DNA from: a virus
Taxonomy: Duplodnaviria > Caudoviricetes
Strand: one strand, 5' to 3'
IMG/VR virus record: IMGVR_UViG_3300036987_000310
Location: 1-64,000 of that record
DNA length: 64,000 nucleotides
Both the position numbers and the translations under genes were made by a program. Shown here in pieces: positions 62,957 to 64,000 of the stretch. The notes below the pieces were generated by a model. The model did no database searches. It was given only the letters and a program-made list of their open reading frames with translations, and was not told the origin of the DNA. How positions within the stretch are numbered: the first letter of the stretch is position 1; each line of letters begins with the position of its first letter.

Positions 62957-64000
62957 ATGCCGACTAATCCTCTCGGACCAGGCGTGTCACGCTACATTGA
63001 CGATAGAGACCGGCAATACGCGGCTGTTGTGTTTCAAAAGGTTAAGCCACCGTGTGACGCTGAGCTGAACCTCATTTCTTTGATTGATCTGGAGACGCGT
63101 GCCGACATCGTTAGGTCTACACATCCTTCCGGATGGCTCACTGACCCGTCAAATCCATACGGGGATTATAGCACGCATCCGTCAAACTCGAATCAGTTTT
63201 ACTTCGGCAGAAACTCGTCTACTGAAGTCAGAAATTTGACATGGGCTGTCGTAAATGGGTGGCTTGTTCCTGTCGCTGGAACTAGAACCGGCAGTCCCCC
63301 ATTGGCTCCTGATGATGTCAACACATGGAACCGCATAGCTCTAAACCCACCCAGCACGTCAACTGGCGGCAATCGCGCAGAGTTTGTGTTTCTTGAGGTG
63401 TGGCTCGCAAGAATAGACCCGGACCCAGCTCCTCCCACGATTGCTCCAGGAAAACCGCAGCGCGGGTCGGTTTGGCGATTCGGGAACGTTGAAGGTGGTT
63501 TCTCGTTCTTGCCGGACGGAATCATTGACCCAGATTTAAACATTGAAACGACAAAGCGCGTGCAGATCCAGTATAGGATTCGCGTTGTGGCAGATGCCAA
63601 CATGACGCAAAATCCTGAAGGGTTTGACCAAACGATGGTTTTTGCTCAGGGGCTTTTGTCATCCCAGAGCGCAATTCCGTTTCAAAACATGCGGCAGGAG
63701 CTTGGGGACCCGGGTTTGTGGCGCGCCGGGACGGGGGACCCCGCAACTTTTGGAACGGTCGATGGATACGTGTACGCGATTCCTTTGTGTGCCGTGTTCA
63801 GACGAAACTCTGCTGGATTTTCGGACATTGGGAACCTTGCTGGAGGCTTCAACAGAAACAGCGTCGCGACAAATCGCAACGGAGCAACAGCGTATGCGAA
63901 CGATGTTTTCTTGCCGTTTGACCTGCTCAGCACTGATTCGTCGTTCACTTTGACAAGCATAGCTGGGACGTTTCTGTCCACCATGACTTCGTTCGGGGAG
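62957..64000 (+). CDS. Structural protein, paralog B of 59677 (5' part; runs off the window edge; missing from the track)
   Basis: ATG 62957 with GGAG upstream, open for 348 codons by manual translation: MPTNPLGPGVSRYID…FLEVW…WRFGN…KRVQIQYRIRVV…GLWRAGTGD…GTVDGYVYAIPLCAVFRRNS. Confidence 0.88.
   Translation, partial: MPTNPLGPGVSRYIDDRDRQYAAVVFQKVKPPCDAELNLISLIDLETRADIVRSTHPSGWLTDPSNPYGDYSTHPSNSNQFYFGRNSSTEVRNLTWAVVNGWLVPVAGTRTGSPPLAPDDVNTWNRIALNPPSTSTGGNRAEFVFLEVWLARIDPDPAPPTIAPGKPQRGSVWRFGNVEGGFSFLPDGIIDPDLNIETTKRVQIQYRIRVVADANMTQNPEGFDQTMVFAQGLLSSQSAIPFQNMRQELGDPGLWRAGTGDPATFGTVDGYVYAIPLCAVFRRNSAGFSDIGNLAGGFNRNSVATNRNGATAYANDVFLPFDLLSTDSSFTLTSIAGTFLSTMTSFGE

Noticed and set aside
705-64000. 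Interpretation as a bacterial extracellular contractile injection system (eCIS/tailocin), prompted by the AAA ATPase and tube-like baseplate genes and the absence of capsid genes
   Set aside because: The very large proteins, long tape measure, free-standing GIY-YIG and HNH endonucleases and small antisense phage-type ORFs fit a jumbo phage tail region better. Capsid genes could lie outside the window, so eCIS is disfavoured but not formally excluded.
1-64000. Stop-codon reassignment, as found in some huge phages
   Set aside because: Multi-kb ORFs are uninterrupted in code 11, and genes end in TAA, TAG and TGA with tightly coupled downstream starts.

Overview
This window is the virion tail and baseplate morphogenesis region of a large contractile-tailed (myovirus-like, probably jumbo) bacteriophage in standard genetic code 11, almost all on the + strand. 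Gene order: FmdB-type Zn-ribbon gene; very large tail sheath (1698 aa); a 5.7-kb accessory block (three small - strand ORFs, AAA+ ATPase, two hypotheticals, double-HNH nuclease); tail tube; two probable tail assembly chaperones; tape measure; GIY-YIG endonuclease; two tube-like baseplate proteins (one with a GH73/lysozyme-like insert); hub; gp5/VgrG-like spike; a three-fold-repeat spike-tip candidate; several very large baseplate proteins (gp25-like, baseplate-J/gp6-like, gp7/gpI-like); a 5xLamG protein flanked by 20-aa tandem repeats; a second GIY-YIG; and two paralogous tail proteins, the last cut by the window edge. No capsid, terminase, tRNA, rRNA or CRISPR was seen. The main candidate novelty is a ~42-aa helix-His...His-x3-Asp-x2-Asn repeat present about 27 times in three structural proteins, always in groups of three, which suggests an uncharacterised pseudo-trimeric metal-binding virion domain. 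Also notable: a conserved start-codon-sequestering hairpin that travels with all three GIY-YIG copies (one a 66-bp relic), further hairpins or inverted repeats over start codons, and two genes missing from the ORF track. All product calls come from motif recognition and synteny only; no searches were run.
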